Positions 8,031 through 17,174 of a DNA stretch of 64,000 bases are shown one piece after another. The notes below the pieces were generated by a model. That model saw only the letters and a list, made by a program, of their open reading frames with translations. It did no database searches and was not told the origin of the DNA. Source of the stretch: Candidatus Peregrinibacteria bacterium (GTDB taxonomy: Bacteria; Patescibacteriota; Gracilibacteria; UBA1369; LOWO2-01-FULL-3); contig JBDRNZ010000001.1 of assembly GCA_043810515.1 (NCBI GenBank), positions 1,064 to 65,063 on the forward strand, read 5' to 3'. The first letter of the stretch is position 1, and each line of letters starts with the position of its first letter. The position numbers were made by a program, and so were the translations under genes.

Positions 8031-10223
8031 ATGGAACCAAAAATTGCGAAAATGACCCTCGCGGGACGGGAATTTAGTATCACGAACTCCCCGATTTCTT
8101 CCTACGCAAACGGTTATGCGACGGTATCACTGGGAGATACTGTAATTATGGCGAATGCGTTGATTTCCGAAAAAGGAAAAGAAGGCGCGGATTTTTTCCC
8201 GATGACGGTGGATTATGAGGAGAATATGTATGCCGCCGGAAAAATCAAAGGCAGCCGTTTTATCAAACGTGAAGGTCGTCCTTCCGAAAATGCCATTTTG
8301 ATATCGCGTATGATAGACAGGCCGATACGTCCGCTTTTTCCGAAAGGAGCGACAAATGAAGTTCAGATTATCTGCACGGCTTTGTCAGCTGATCTGGAAG
8401 TGGAACCGAGTACAACCGCTTTAAACGCCGCATCCGTGGCGCTGATGTTAACCGGCGCGCCGTTTGATGGCCCTATTGGAGCTGTGCGAATGGGATACAA
8501 AGATGAAAAATTGATTGTAAATCCAACATATAAGGAATGTGACGAAGGAAAATTGAACCTTGTTGTAGCTGGAACTATTGATGCAATCACAATGGTTGAG
8601 GCATCCGCCGATGAAGTAAGCGAGGACATTATAATTCAGGCGCTCGACATGGCCCACAAGCATATAAAAGAGATATGCCAGCTTCAGCTTGATTACGTCA
8701 AACAGTTCGAAATTGATAAAATGGAAATGACCGTAGTGAAACCTTCAGCGGAAACTGTTGAAAAAGTAAAAGAATTCGTTACGGACGACATGCTCGCGAA
8801 AATTAAAGGAAAAACAAAAAAAGATGTAAAGGCGGAGCTCCACAAACTCGAAGAAGCTCTTCTTGAGCATTTTGCGGCTGAAATCGAAAATGAAAGTTTG
8901 TCCGAACGCGAACTGAAAGAAGTTCTCAATAACCTTTTAGAGACCGGCATGAGAAAAAGAGTTCTTGAAAAAGAGGAACGTATTGACGGCAGAAAACTCG
9001 ATGAAATACGTCCGATTACGGTGATAATGGATGTTTTACCCAGAACTCACGGCTCCGCAATTTTCCAGCGCGGCGAAACAATGGCTTTGACGGTCACAAC
9101 GCTTGGCGGCCCCGGCGATGCTCAGATGATAGACACGATGGATAGGGACATTACTAAGAGATACATGCATCATTATCATTTTCCGCCATTTGCAACGGGC
9201 GACATAAAACCGCTCCGCGGCCCCGGCCGACGTGAAATCGGTCATGGAGATCTTGCGGAACGTGCGCTCAAGCCCGTTCTTCCAACGGAAGAGGAATTTC
9301 CATACACGATGTGGCTCGTTTCCGAAATCGTAAGATGTAACGGATCAAGCTCTATGGCTTCCGTATGCGGATCAACGCTCTCACTAATGTGCGCGGGCGT
9401 GCCGATAACGCGTCCGGTTGCCGGAATCGCGATGGGTCTTATCACGGACAAAGAAAATACTTCAAATTATAAAATTTTAAGTGACATCCAGGGACTGGAG
9501 GATTTTGCAGGAGACATGGATTTCAAAGTTACAGGAACAGCTGACGGAATCACCGCGCTTCAGATGGACATAAAAGTGAAGGGACTTTCTCTCTCTATCA
9601 TGAGGGAAGCTCTTTCAAAAGCCAAAGAAGGACGGGATTTTATCATGGCGAAAATGCTTGAAGTCATCCCCGAGCCAAGAAAAGAGCTTTCAAAATACGC
9701 GCCGCTTATTATGACCATCAAGATTCATCCCGACATGATCAGGGTTGTTATCGGCAAAGGCGGCGAAACCATTCAGGAAATCACCGCAAAATGCAATGTT
9801 GAAATCGACATAAACGATGATGGAATAGTCACAATCACCGCTCCCGACCAGGAAAGCGGCAAAAAGGCCGTGGACTGGGTCAAAAGAATCACATACGTTC
9901 CAAAGGCCGGTGAAGTTTTTGAAGGAAAGGTGACCCGTATCCTTGATTTCGGAGCGATGGTCGAATTTCTTCCCGGAAAAGAAGGACTTGTACACGTTTC
10001 ACAATTGGCAAAAGAAAGAGTGAACAAGGTCGAAGATGTAGTTACCGAAGGCGACATTTTGAAAGTAAAATTGATGGAAGTTGATAGAATGGGAAGATAT
10101 AATCTTTCACACAAGGCCACTCTTGAAGGAGCCGCAGCTCAGCCACAGATGCCATCAAGCAGCCAGATCGGCGGTGAAAAAGGCAAAAAGGTGGACGGCA
10201 CTTCCTCCGTAAGGGAAGTCTAA
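8031..10223 (+). CDS. pnp: Polyribonucleotide nucleotidyltransferase (PNPase)
   Basis: 730 aa. Two RNase PH-like halves, a KH region (VIGKGGETIQEI) and a C-terminal S1 region (GEVFEGKVTRILDFGAMVEF). Confidence 0.97.
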   Translation: MEPKIAKMTLAGREFSITNSPISSYANGYATVSLGDTVIMANALISEKGKEGADFFPMTVDYEENMYAAGKIKGSRFIKREGRPSENAILISRMIDRPIRPLFPKGATNEVQIICTALSADLEVEPSTTALNAASVALMLTGAPFDGPIGAVRMGYKDEKLIVNPTYKECDEGKLNLVVAGTIDAITMVEASADEVSEDIIIQALDMAHKHIKEICQLQLDYVKQFEIDKMEMTVVKPSAETVEKVKEFVTDDMLAKIKGKTKKDVKAELHKLEEALLEHFAAEIENESLSERELKEVLNNLLETGMRKRVLEKEERIDGRKLDEIRPITVIMDVLPRTHGSAIFQRGETMALTVTTLGGPGDAQMIDTMDRDITKRYMHHYHFPPFATGDIKPLRGPGRREIGHGDLAERALKPVLPTEEEFPYTMWLVSEIVRCNGSSSMASVCGSTLSLMCAGVPITRPVAGIAMGLITDKENTSNYKILSDIQGLEDFAGDMDFKVTGTADGITALQMDIKVKGLSLSIMREALSKAKEGRDFIMAKMLEVIPEPRKELSKYAPLIMTIKIHPDMIRVVIGKGGETIQEITAKCNVEIDINDDGIVTITAPDQESGKKAVDWVKRITYVPKAGEVFEGKVTRILDFGAMVEFLPGKEGLVHVSQLAKERVNKVEDVVTEGDILKVKLMEVDRMGRYNLSHKATLEGAAAQPQMPSSSQIGGEKGKKVDGTSSVREV

Positions 10224-10242
10224 AACCAGCCTTAAAAATTCA

Positions 10243-10316
10243 GCGGGTATCGTATAACGGCATTACATCGCCTTGCCATGGCGAAGACACGGGTTCAATT
10301 CCCGTTACCCGCTCCA
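10243..10316 (+). tRNA. tRNA-Gly (anticodon GCC), CCA encoded
   Basis: Cloverleaf by hand: acceptor GCGGGTA/TACCCGC, anticodon stem TCGCC/GGCGA with loop TTGCCAT, T arm ACGGG-TTCAATT-CCCGT, then TCCA. Confidence 0.93.
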
Positions 10317-10601
10317 TTAATTTATGCCCAGATCGTAAAGATCTTTTAGATAAGGTCCATATAAATGAGTGCCGCCCTTCTTGCCTTTGTCGGAACGCTT
10401 TTTTATTAACCATTTTGCGAAGAGCCTGCACAGATCATCATCACCGACATAAAATCCCACGCCTCTCTGGCTTACAAACGCTTTTAAAAAAACCTTTATA
10501 AGAGGGCTCAAACCAATCCCAAATTGGCCATAACATTTATCCTGAGCCATTTGATACAGTCCGGCATCCATGCGAACAGTTAATTGCTTTTGTTTATTCA
10601 T
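10317..10601 (-). CDS. RelB/DinJ-like ribbon-helix-helix (antitoxin-like) protein with no toxin partner seen
   Basis: 94 aa. The N-terminus LTVRMDAGLYQMAQDKC...GIGLSPLIKVFLKAFVSQRGVGF resembles the DinJ/RelB RHH pattern. The stop codon abuts the tRNA-Gly 3' end. Confidence 0.45.
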   Translation of the reverse strand: MNKQKQLTVRMDAGLYQMAQDKCYGQFGIGLSPLIKVFLKAFVSQRGVGFYVGDDDLCRLFAKWLIKKRSDKGKKGGTHLYGPYLKDLYDLGIN

Positions 10602-10731
10602 AAATTTTAAGGTTAAGGAAAGATATATCCATTACGCTTTCCCTGTCCGAAAGTACAGCAAAAAGACAGCAAAATGGACAAGGCCGCAAATTAACAACCG
10701 TAATCCAAAAACAAAGGAGCCGGGAGCAGAA

Positions 10732-10760
10732 TTGACGCCCCGTCACTTTTATTGTATAAT
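10732..10760 (+). promoter_or_regulatory. Sigma70-type promoter TTGACG-17-TATAAT
   Basis: Hexamers read directly. The -10 element ends 26 nt before the ATG at 10787. Confidence 0.6.
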
Positions 10761-10786
10761 ACAATCAAAGCAAAAACAAAAACAAA

Positions 10787-12241
10787 ATGTCAAAAAAAGT
10801 TACAAATCTCTTTCTCGTAGCCATTTTTACATTTTTAATGGTGGGGTTTGGCGCGGGACTTGGAAAAGTTATGCACACTCAGGTTATAAGTACCGATGAG
10901 AAACCGCGCATTTCCGAACTTTACAAATTCGAGATTGTCGAGCAGGAAAGCGAGGTTATTCATGTTAAGCCGGGGGGGACAAAAGAACTCAAGGTTATTC
11001 TGAAAAATACCGGCAAAGCCCAGTGGGATCTTGCGGAAAATTCCGAAAACAGATTTGTTTTGGGAACTTATCTGCCCCGCGAACGGGAAAGTGCTTTTTA
11101 CAGTGCCGGCCTGGATAAATGGAAAAATTCGTCACAGATTTATATTGAAGATGAAAATGGAAAAACAGTCATAGCTCCGGACGAAACGACAACATTCAAA
11201 TTCGAGATAAAAGCGCCGGCTGCCGCAGGTTTTTACAGAGAAAATTTTGCGCCGGTGGTCACCGGAATAAAAGGTCTCAACAACGCCATACTGACTTTCG
11301 ACATCGTCGTTGATGGGGATTTTGCCAAAAACTACGATTATGAAATTGTTGAAAAAACCGAAAAGGAAAGCCTGCCTTTAAACGGCACGGCGGAAATCAG
11401 CATGAAATTAAAAAACACAGGAAGTGTGCCGTGGTACGGCGACGGCCCGTTCCCGATAAAACTTGCCGCGACGGACACCCAGACCGCGGAATTATTCTCA
11501 CCGGAAGGCGGGATGATCGGAGCGCTTGAGGTTTTGCCCGGAGAAACAGCCAATTTTACATTTAAAATTTTATCTCCGGTAGCAGCCGGTACTTACGAAA
11601 TGCGCCTGCAGCTCGCGGCTGAAAACCTTTTTGTGTTTGAATCAAGTCCTTTGATTTGGAACATAAATGTTGCCGCAAAACGCGTGGCGCTGACTTTTGA
11701 TGACGGATACGGCGATATAAACGGTTTTCTGGACGTGCTGAAGGAACAGGATGTAAAAGCAACTTTCTTTATGCTCGGATGTGTGGCCCAGAACAGACCG
11801 GAGGAAATGAAAAGAATTGTTGAGGAGGGTCATCTTCTGGCGAGCCACAGTTATAATCATCCGGATTTTAGAACGCTTGGCGCGGACACGATCCGCTGGC
11901 AGCTGAACACCACGAGGGACATCATGAAAGAAATAACGGGACTCGATGTGTATCCGTATTTCCGTTACCCGTACGGCGCGCGCAATGCCAGCACGGACGC
12001 GGTTTTGGCACAGGACGGCTGGAAATATTTCCATTGGACAAACGGTACCGGCGACTGGAAATTTCATGAAAATTCAGCGGCCGGCCGTCAGCACATTTAT
12101 CATTACGCAACATCAAATCCTCCGGATCAGGCTATTGTCCTGATGCATGTTATAAGCCGGTCAACCCTCGCGGTTCTGCCAAACATAATCGAATGGTATC
12201 GCAATCACGGCTACTCTTTTGTCACAGTCGACGAACTTTAA
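10787..12241 (+). CDS. Secreted polysaccharide/peptidoglycan deacetylase (NodB domain) with two N-terminal Ig-like repeat modules
   Basis: 484 aa. N-terminal TM/signal. NodB motifs VALTFDDGY and HSYNHPDF. Confidence 0.85.
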   Translation: MSKKVTNLFLVAIFTFLMVGFGAGLGKVMHTQVISTDEKPRISELYKFEIVEQESEVIHVKPGGTKELKVILKNTGKAQWDLAENSENRFVLGTYLPRERESAFYSAGLDKWKNSSQIYIEDENGKTVIAPDETTTFKFEIKAPAAAGFYRENFAPVVTGIKGLNNAILTFDIVVDGDFAKNYDYEIVEKTEKESLPLNGTAEISMKLKNTGSVPWYGDGPFPIKLAATDTQTAELFSPEGGMIGALEVLPGETANFTFKILSPVAAGTYEMRLQLAAENLFVFESSPLIWNINVAAKRVALTFDDGYGDINGFLDVLKEQDVKATFFMLGCVAQNRPEEMKRIVEEGHLLASHSYNHPDFRTLGADTIRWQLNTTRDIMKEITGLDVYPYFRYPYGARNASTDAVLAQDGWKYFHWTNGTGDWKFHENSAAGRQHIYHYATSNPPDQAIVLMHVISRSTLAVLPNIIEWYRNHGYSFVTVDEL

Positions 12242-12348
12242 AGAATTTACTATTCGAAAAGTTTGGGCTATTATCAACACCGTCTTTTAAAAAAATAAAT
12301 TTTTATATATGGACGATAAAAAAGGCGGATGCTGCTAATAAAAATTTT

Positions 12349-12960
12349 ATGAATAAAAAACCTTACACACTACCGGCTTTGCCGTACGATTTTAACGCAC
12401 TCGAGCCATACATTTCGGCGCAGCAGCTTCAAATTCATCACGATAAACACCATCAGGGCTACGTAAACGGAGCGAATGCAGTTTTTGAAAAACTCGAAAC
12501 CGCGCGCAAAGAAGGAGCGGAGCTTGATATGAAATCCGTATTGAAAAATCTGTCTTTCAATGTGGGCGGACATATTCTCCATTCTCTTTTTTGGGCGAAT
12601 ATGGCGCCGGCAGGAAATGGTGGTGGCGGCGAGCCGCAGGGAGCTCTGGCAGAAAGCATTACCACTGAATTCGGAAGTTTTGCACGTTTCAAGACAGAAT
12701 TTTCCGCAGCCGCGGCAAGCGTCGAAGGATCCGGCTGGGCCGCGCTTTTTCTCGACAAAATGACAAACCGCCCAGTCATCATGCAGATTGAAAAACATAA
12801 TGTAAACATCGCGCCCGGTTTACCTTTGCTTTTGGTGATCGACGTTTGGGAACATGCCTACTATCTCGATTACAAAAATGAAAGAGGAAAATTTATCGAA
12901 GCCTTCTGGAATATCGTGAACTGGGAGGAGGTCGGGAAAAGTCTTGAACTTCACGGTTGA
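12349..12960 (+). CDS. sod: Fe/Mn-family superoxide dismutase
   Basis: Start chosen at [23 protein letters not shown], which is 53 codons into ORF 12193..12960. Motifs HHDKHH and [11 protein letters not shown]. Confidence 0.93.
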   Translation: MNKKPYTLPALPYDFNALEPYISAQQLQIHHDKHHQGYVNGANAVFEKLETARKEGAELDMKSVLKNLSFNVGGHILHSLFWANMAPAGNGGGGEPQGALAESITTEFGSFARFKTEFSAAAASVEGSGWAALFLDKMTNRPVIMQIEKHNVNIAPGLPLLLVIDVWEHAYYLDYKNERGKFIEAFWNIVNWEEVGKSLELHG

Positions 12961-12985
12961 CATCATTATTAAAATATACTATAAT
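12957..12985 (+). promoter_or_regulatory. Consensus sigma70 promoter TTGACA-17-TATAAT with no ORF behind it
   Basis: TTGACA at 12957-12962 overlaps the sod stop codon. 17-nt spacer, then TATAAT at 12980-12985. Confidence 0.6.
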
Positions 12986-12991
12986 GTAAGT

Positions 12992-13576
12992 GTTAAAGGT
13001 TTTCGAAAAACAAAAACAAAAGATCATTTACATCATCGGCCAAAAATTTTCTCCGGAGCGAGCTGTGCTCGCAAAGATTACAAGACTCCAGCTTCTATCT
13101 CACGATTCTTGTTGTGAGTAGTGTACTCTTTCTGAGCGCAGCTCCCTCTGGAGAAGTATCTGTCTGCTTTTGCAGACAACATACTCGCAGTAGTTATGCG
13201 TTGTGAGACTCATAACTAAAAGCATTTCTATCTGTAAACGGGGCGGTGCCCGCTTGCGGTATAAATGATGTGAGTTTCTCTTCAAAGGGATAGTATCTTC
13301 CTGAGTATGCTTTGCATGGATAGATCGCAAGATCCATTCAGTAAGCTTTGTGTACTGTTCTCGTCGTAATATGGCGGTGACGTCGTATTGTTATGAGGGT
13401 GGCGGATTCGACTTCGGTCGGGCTGTCATGGAATCTCAAATCTCGTCCTTATAGTCTTGTTTTTTTCAGGTTCTTTAAGAAGAGGTACTTATGCAGTCGG
13501 GTTTTTTGCCCGGAGTGTGTCTTGGTATTTCTCCAGGGTAGCACCTCTTGCCACCCGCGATTCGTGGCTTTTTTTT
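12992..13576 (+). ncRNA. Candidate structured non-coding transcript (or very long mnmA leader), about 585 nt, family unknown
   Basis: Bounded by the promoter at 12957 and the hairpin+U8 at 13550-13576. No convincing sense ORF. Perfect stems at 13058-13072, 13155-13185, 13191-13218 and 13316-13337. The start coordinate is only inferred from the -10 position. Confidence 0.4.
13550..13576 (+). terminator. Putative intrinsic terminator (GCCAC-9 nt-GTGGC followed by T8)
   Basis: Short 5-bp stem plus an 8-T run, read directly. Lies 41 nt upstream of the mnmA ATG. Confidence 0.5.
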
Positions 13577-13616
13577 GTGTTTTCGGATACAATCAACGAC
13601 CGCAAATATATTATTT

Positions 13617-14681
13617 ATGAAAATTGCAGTGCTCGTTTCAGGAGGTGTGGACAGCGCGGTCGCGCTTAGAATTTTAAAAGATCAGGGACACGATCTCACT
13701 GCATTTTATCTGAAAATCTGGCTTGAGGATGAATTGTCTTTTCTTGGGAATTGTCCATGGGAGGAGGATTTAAAATTTGTCCGCAAAATTTGCAAAGACA
13801 TAAATGTTCCGCTGAAAATTATTCCGCTTCAGAAGGAATATTTTGAAACGGTTGTGGAATATACAATCTCGGAGGTTTCGGCCGGCAGAACGCCGAATCC
13901 CGATATTATGTGCAACAGCCGGATCAAGTTCGGGCTTTTTTTGGACAAAATTGATAAAAGTTACGAAAAGGTGTCAACCGGCCATTACGCGCAGATCGAA
14001 GAACACGATGGTATTTTTTTTCTGAAATGTTCTCCGGATCCTATGAAAGACCAAACATATTTTCTTTCAAATCTGAATCAGGAACAGCTTTGCAAACTTA
14101 TTTTTCCGATCGGCCATCTCACAAAAAAATCAGTCAGAAAACTTGCGGCGGATTTCGATCTTCCCAACAAAGACAGAAAAGACAGCCAGGGAATTTGTTT
14201 TCTCGGAAAAATTCCATATGCCCAGTTTGTTAAACATTATCTTGGTGAAAAGCCCGGGGATATTATCGAATTTGAAACGGGCCGCCGTCTCGGAGAACAC
14301 GAAGGCTATTGGTATTACACGATAGGGCAGAGGAAAGGCATAAAACTTTCCGGCGGCCCTTACTTTGTCGTAAAAAAAGACATTCCCAAAAACATAATTT
14401 ACGTTTCGGCCAGTTACCACGCACCCGACAAAAAAAGAAACCTGCTCACGGTAGAAAATTTCAACTGGTTTGCCGACAGAGCACCGGCGCGCAAAAACCT
14501 GAAAGTCAAACTCCGCCACGGTCCCTATTTCCACAACGCCGCCTTAAACTTCATTTCCGAAAACAAAGCAGAGGTCACTCTCGATTCAGACGATCAGGGC
14601 ATCGCGCCGGGCCAGTTCGCGGCCTTCTACGACGGCGAAATATGCCTCGGCTCCGCCACGATTGCCGACCGCAAACTTTAA
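13617..14681 (+). CDS. mnmA: tRNA-specific 2-thiouridylase
   Basis: Start at MKIAVLVSGGVDSAVAL (PP-loop SGGVDS), 24 codons into ORF 13548..14681. MnmA-like throughout (GICFLG, YTIGQRKG). Confidence 0.95.
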   Translation: MKIAVLVSGGVDSAVALRILKDQGHDLTAFYLKIWLEDELSFLGNCPWEEDLKFVRKICKDINVPLKIIPLQKEYFETVVEYTISEVSAGRTPNPDIMCNSRIKFGLFLDKIDKSYEKVSTGHYAQIEEHDGIFFLKCSPDPMKDQTYFLSNLNQEQLCKLIFPIGHLTKKSVRKLAADFDLPNKDRKDSQGICFLGKIPYAQFVKHYLGEKPGDIIEFETGRRLGEHEGYWYYTIGQRKGIKLSGGPYFVVKKDIPKNIIYVSASYHAPDKKRNLLTVENFNWFADRAPARKNLKVKLRHGPYFHNAALNFISENKAEVTLDSDDQGIAPGQFAAFYDGEICLGSATIADRKL

Positions 14682-16264
14682 GCTGTCATATATTCCTTTA
14701 TCAGCTTCGCGGCTTTCTGAAGATTTGAAAAAGTCAGATTTGGAAGAGAACCGCGCGCGTAAGTCCGATAATCCTTCTTTTTTCTTTCCTCCTCGGAGAA
14801 AAACAGATTCGCGGGAATAAGCACAACGCCTTTTTCGGCCAGCCCGACAAAAAGCTCCTCGGCCTCAAGTCCGGCTCTCGTATTTCCGGGAATATCCATA
14901 AGATCAAAACACGAATAATAAAGATTTTTGTTGTACGGCATGCCCAGAATTTCATAAAAAGTTTCCATATTCACGCGGATTCTTTTTAAGTATTCGGCTC
15001 TGTCTTCATCCCCGAAAATCATGTGCGAAATTCCCAGAAACTGCGAAGGCCCCGTCACGAAAGTCACATGCTGAAACTCACCGCGTATTCCGCCCGGCGC
15101 TTTCGCGAAAATCAGCAGCTGCATCAGGTCGGAAGCGATATCCAGTTTTCCTTTGAGAATATTTTCCGGAATATATTTCTGGGCTTCTTTTGAAATGACA
15201 AATTCCCCGAAACGCAGTCCCGTGCTTCGCTCAATTTTGCTCCTTCCGCAAATCACGATACTTCTGTTCCGCGCGAAACTCATAATATTTTTCTTTCTTT
15301 CCATAAAGAAATCGCTGTAAACCTCATCAGAAACGATCAAGGCGTTTCGTTCCTCAGCAAACTTCGCTATTTTCTGTAAGAATTCCTCATCATTCATAAA
15401 ACCTGTCGGATTGTTTGGATCAATAAGACAAATCAATTTCAGGTTTTCCGGCGCGTTTTTCAAAATTTCATCTATATCTCCGACAACCTTGCCCGTCGCC
15501 GGATCAACCGGAATAGAAAAAGCCTTCAGCCCGCGGTTTTCAAGAATCGTATTGTACGGCGCATAAACCGGCGAATTCAGCATCACATAATCGCCTTTGC
15601 TCAGAAAATCCACGTTTTCATCGCACAAAACCTTGAAAATCGTCCCGATGCCGTGCGAAACGCCCTGCAAAAAAATCAGATCTTTGTAATCAAGCCCAAG
15701 CCCGAGTTTTTTATTATAATGATCGGCCACCACAAGCCTTGCAAGAGTTTCGCCCTGCGGATCAAGATAACTTCCACCGGTCGCCGCCGAATATTTGAAA
15801 ATCTCAAAAATAATTTTGTGTTTATCCCACTCAAGCCCCTGCTCCTTCGCGTATTTCTCAATTCTTGTAAGAAAAAAATAAAAATCCTTCGTCAGCCTCT
15901 CCGCCTTTTTTTCATTGTATGTTTTTCTTGCGTGATCCTGAATTTTTTCCCACAAAGTCTCAAAATCATCATGATTATCGGAAACAAAATGCTCGCCCGG
16001 ATTATTTAAAATCTGATCAATCTCAAGCAGAAAAGCATAAAACTCGCGTCCGTGAACCGAAGGCGAAAACCCGTAACCCGGGTCACCTCTCGAAAGATCC
16101 ACTATATTTTCCTCACCATTTTTCTCTATAGCTACCTCGCGCAAAACCCTGAAAATCCTGAAAGGATTGTCCAGACTTAGGTCAAAACCCCATTTGTTGT
16201 CGCGCAATTTCATTTTGGTAATTAAAATCTGCCAAACTCTATCAAAAAATTGATGAAACGGCAA
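14678..16264 (-). CDS. PLP-dependent aminotransferase (class I/II fold)
   Basis: 528 aa. PLP-lysine region GRSKIERSTGLRFGEF and NPNNPTG motif. An alternative start at 16213 (MKLRDNKW) is possible. The 3' end overlaps mnmA by 4 nt. Confidence 0.85.
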   Translation of the reverse strand: MPFHQFFDRVWQILITKMKLRDNKWGFDLSLDNPFRIFRVLREVAIEKNGEENIVDLSRGDPGYGFSPSVHGREFYAFLLEIDQILNNPGEHFVSDNHDDFETLWEKIQDHARKTYNEKKAERLTKDFYFFLTRIEKYAKEQGLEWDKHKIIFEIFKYSAATGGSYLDPQGETLARLVVADHYNKKLGLGLDYKDLIFLQGVSHGIGTIFKVLCDENVDFLSKGDYVMLNSPVYAPYNTILENRGLKAFSIPVDPATGKVVGDIDEILKNAPENLKLICLIDPNNPTGFMNDEEFLQKIAKFAEERNALIVSDEVYSDFFMERKKNIMSFARNRSIVICGRSKIERSTGLRFGEFVISKEAQKYIPENILKGKLDIASDLMQLLIFAKAPGGIRGEFQHVTFVTGPSQFLGISHMIFGDEDRAEYLKRIRVNMETFYEILGMPYNKNLYYSCFDLMDIPGNTRAGLEAEELFVGLAEKGVVLIPANLFFSEEERKKKDYRTYARGSLPNLTFSNLQKAAKLIKEYMTA

Positions 16265-16299
16265 AAATGTATTAACATTCCCATGCGCACATTCTCAAT

Positions 16300-16869
16300 A
16301 TGAAAATAAAAATAACATTTGCACTGATAATAATTGCTCTCGGGGTGGGGGCATTTTGGCTCTTCAAAGTCACCGGAGATAGCGCACCTATTCCACCACC
16401 GATCGAAAAATTTCCTATCTCAATAACTATGAAAATCTCAAGTCCGGCTTTTAATTTTAATGAAGCCATCCCGTCAAAATACACATGCGACGGCGAAAGC
16501 ATCTCTCCGCCTCTGCAAGTAAGCGAACTTCCGGAAAATACAAAAAGCCTAGCGCTGGTTGTAGACGATCCTGATGCCCTATCAGGCACATGGATTCACT
16601 GGCTCGTCTGGAATATCGATCCGCAAACAACCGAAATAAAAGAGAATTCCGTTCCGCAAGGAGCAGTTCAGGGCACGACAAGTTCCGGAAAAACGGCCTA
16701 TGGGCCTCCATGTCCGCCTTCGGGAACGCACAGGTATAATTTCAGGATTTATGCGCTGGACTCAACGCTGGATCTCACACCTTCCGCCAACATCAGTGAT
16801 TTTTACGATGCCATAAAACCGCACATCCTCAATTCGGCTGAACTAATGGGCGTTTACAGTAGAGAATAA
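16300..16869 (+). CDS. YbhB/YbcL (PEBP/Raf-kinase-inhibitor-like) family protein, secreted or anchored
   Basis: 189 aa. N-terminal TM. Motifs YTCDGESISPPL, DDPDA and GTHRYNFRIYALD. Confidence 0.85.
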   Translation: MKIKITFALIIIALGVGAFWLFKVTGDSAPIPPPIEKFPISITMKISSPAFNFNEAIPSKYTCDGESISPPLQVSELPENTKSLALVVDDPDALSGTWIHWLVWNIDPQTTEIKENSVPQGAVQGTTSSGKTAYGPPCPPSGTHRYNFRIYALDSTLDLTPSANISDFYDAIKPHILNSAELMGVYSRE

Positions 16870-16870
16870 T

Positions 16871-17152
16871 TTACATTCCCTCAATTGTCACATCGCCGTT
16901 TATAACGCATTGGCACGCAAGCCTGTATTGACCATCGTCCATGCTCATTACGGAAAGAGTTTGCTTTTCCTTTTCCGCCATCGGGGTGAGATTTTCTTTT
17001 CCTTCAATAATTTTGACGATGCACGTTCCGCACATGCCATCTTCGCATCCGTAAGCGATGGGCCAGCCGTTTTTTCTGGTGACGTCCATTAACGGAGTTC
17101 CAACTTCAACTTCGGCTTCCGCGCCTGTATTTTGAAATTTTACTTTTGGCAT
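16871..17152 (-). CDS. 2Fe-2S ferredoxin
   Basis: 93 aa. Cys pattern CEDGMCGTC...C typical of plant-type 2Fe-2S domains. Confidence 0.85.
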   Translation of the reverse strand: MPKVKFQNTGAEAEVEVGTPLMDVTRKNGWPIAYGCEDGMCGTCIVKIIEGKENLTPMAEKEKQTLSVMSMDDGQYRLACQCVINGDVTIEGM

Positions 17153-17174
17153 GGTAAGAGAATATCATAATAAT

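Noticed and set aside
12990-13130. 46-codon GTG-initiated ORF (VLKVFEKQKQKIIYIIGQKFSPERAVLAKITRLQLLSHDSCCE) starting right at the predicted transcription start of the orphan promoter
   Set aside because: It has a non-ATG start with no leader, is too short, and shows no recognisable motif. A small leaderless peptide or a pseudogene fragment cannot be excluded, so blastx/tblastn should be run.
13397-13556. Canonical tmRNA (ssrA) gene, standard or permuted
   Set aside because: GGGUGGC-GGAUUCGAC does resemble a tmRNA 5' end. However, I found no T-arm (GGxxGTTCGAxTCxxCC-like), no CCA after GCCACCC and no tag reading frame ending in ..AA-stop. I also found no upstream acceptor piece complementary to GGGUGGC. 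A standard-length tmRNA would overlap the mnmA CDS. The region is kept only as a tRNA/tmRNA-like module.
13393-13669. 75-aa and 70-aa plus-strand ORFs (13393..13620 and 13457..13669), and the 76-aa minus-strand ORF 13100..13330, in the sod-mnmA spacer
   Set aside because: The plus-strand ORFs run through the hairpin/U8 terminator and overlap the well-supported mnmA start. All three peptides are Phe/Cys/Arg-rich with no motif.
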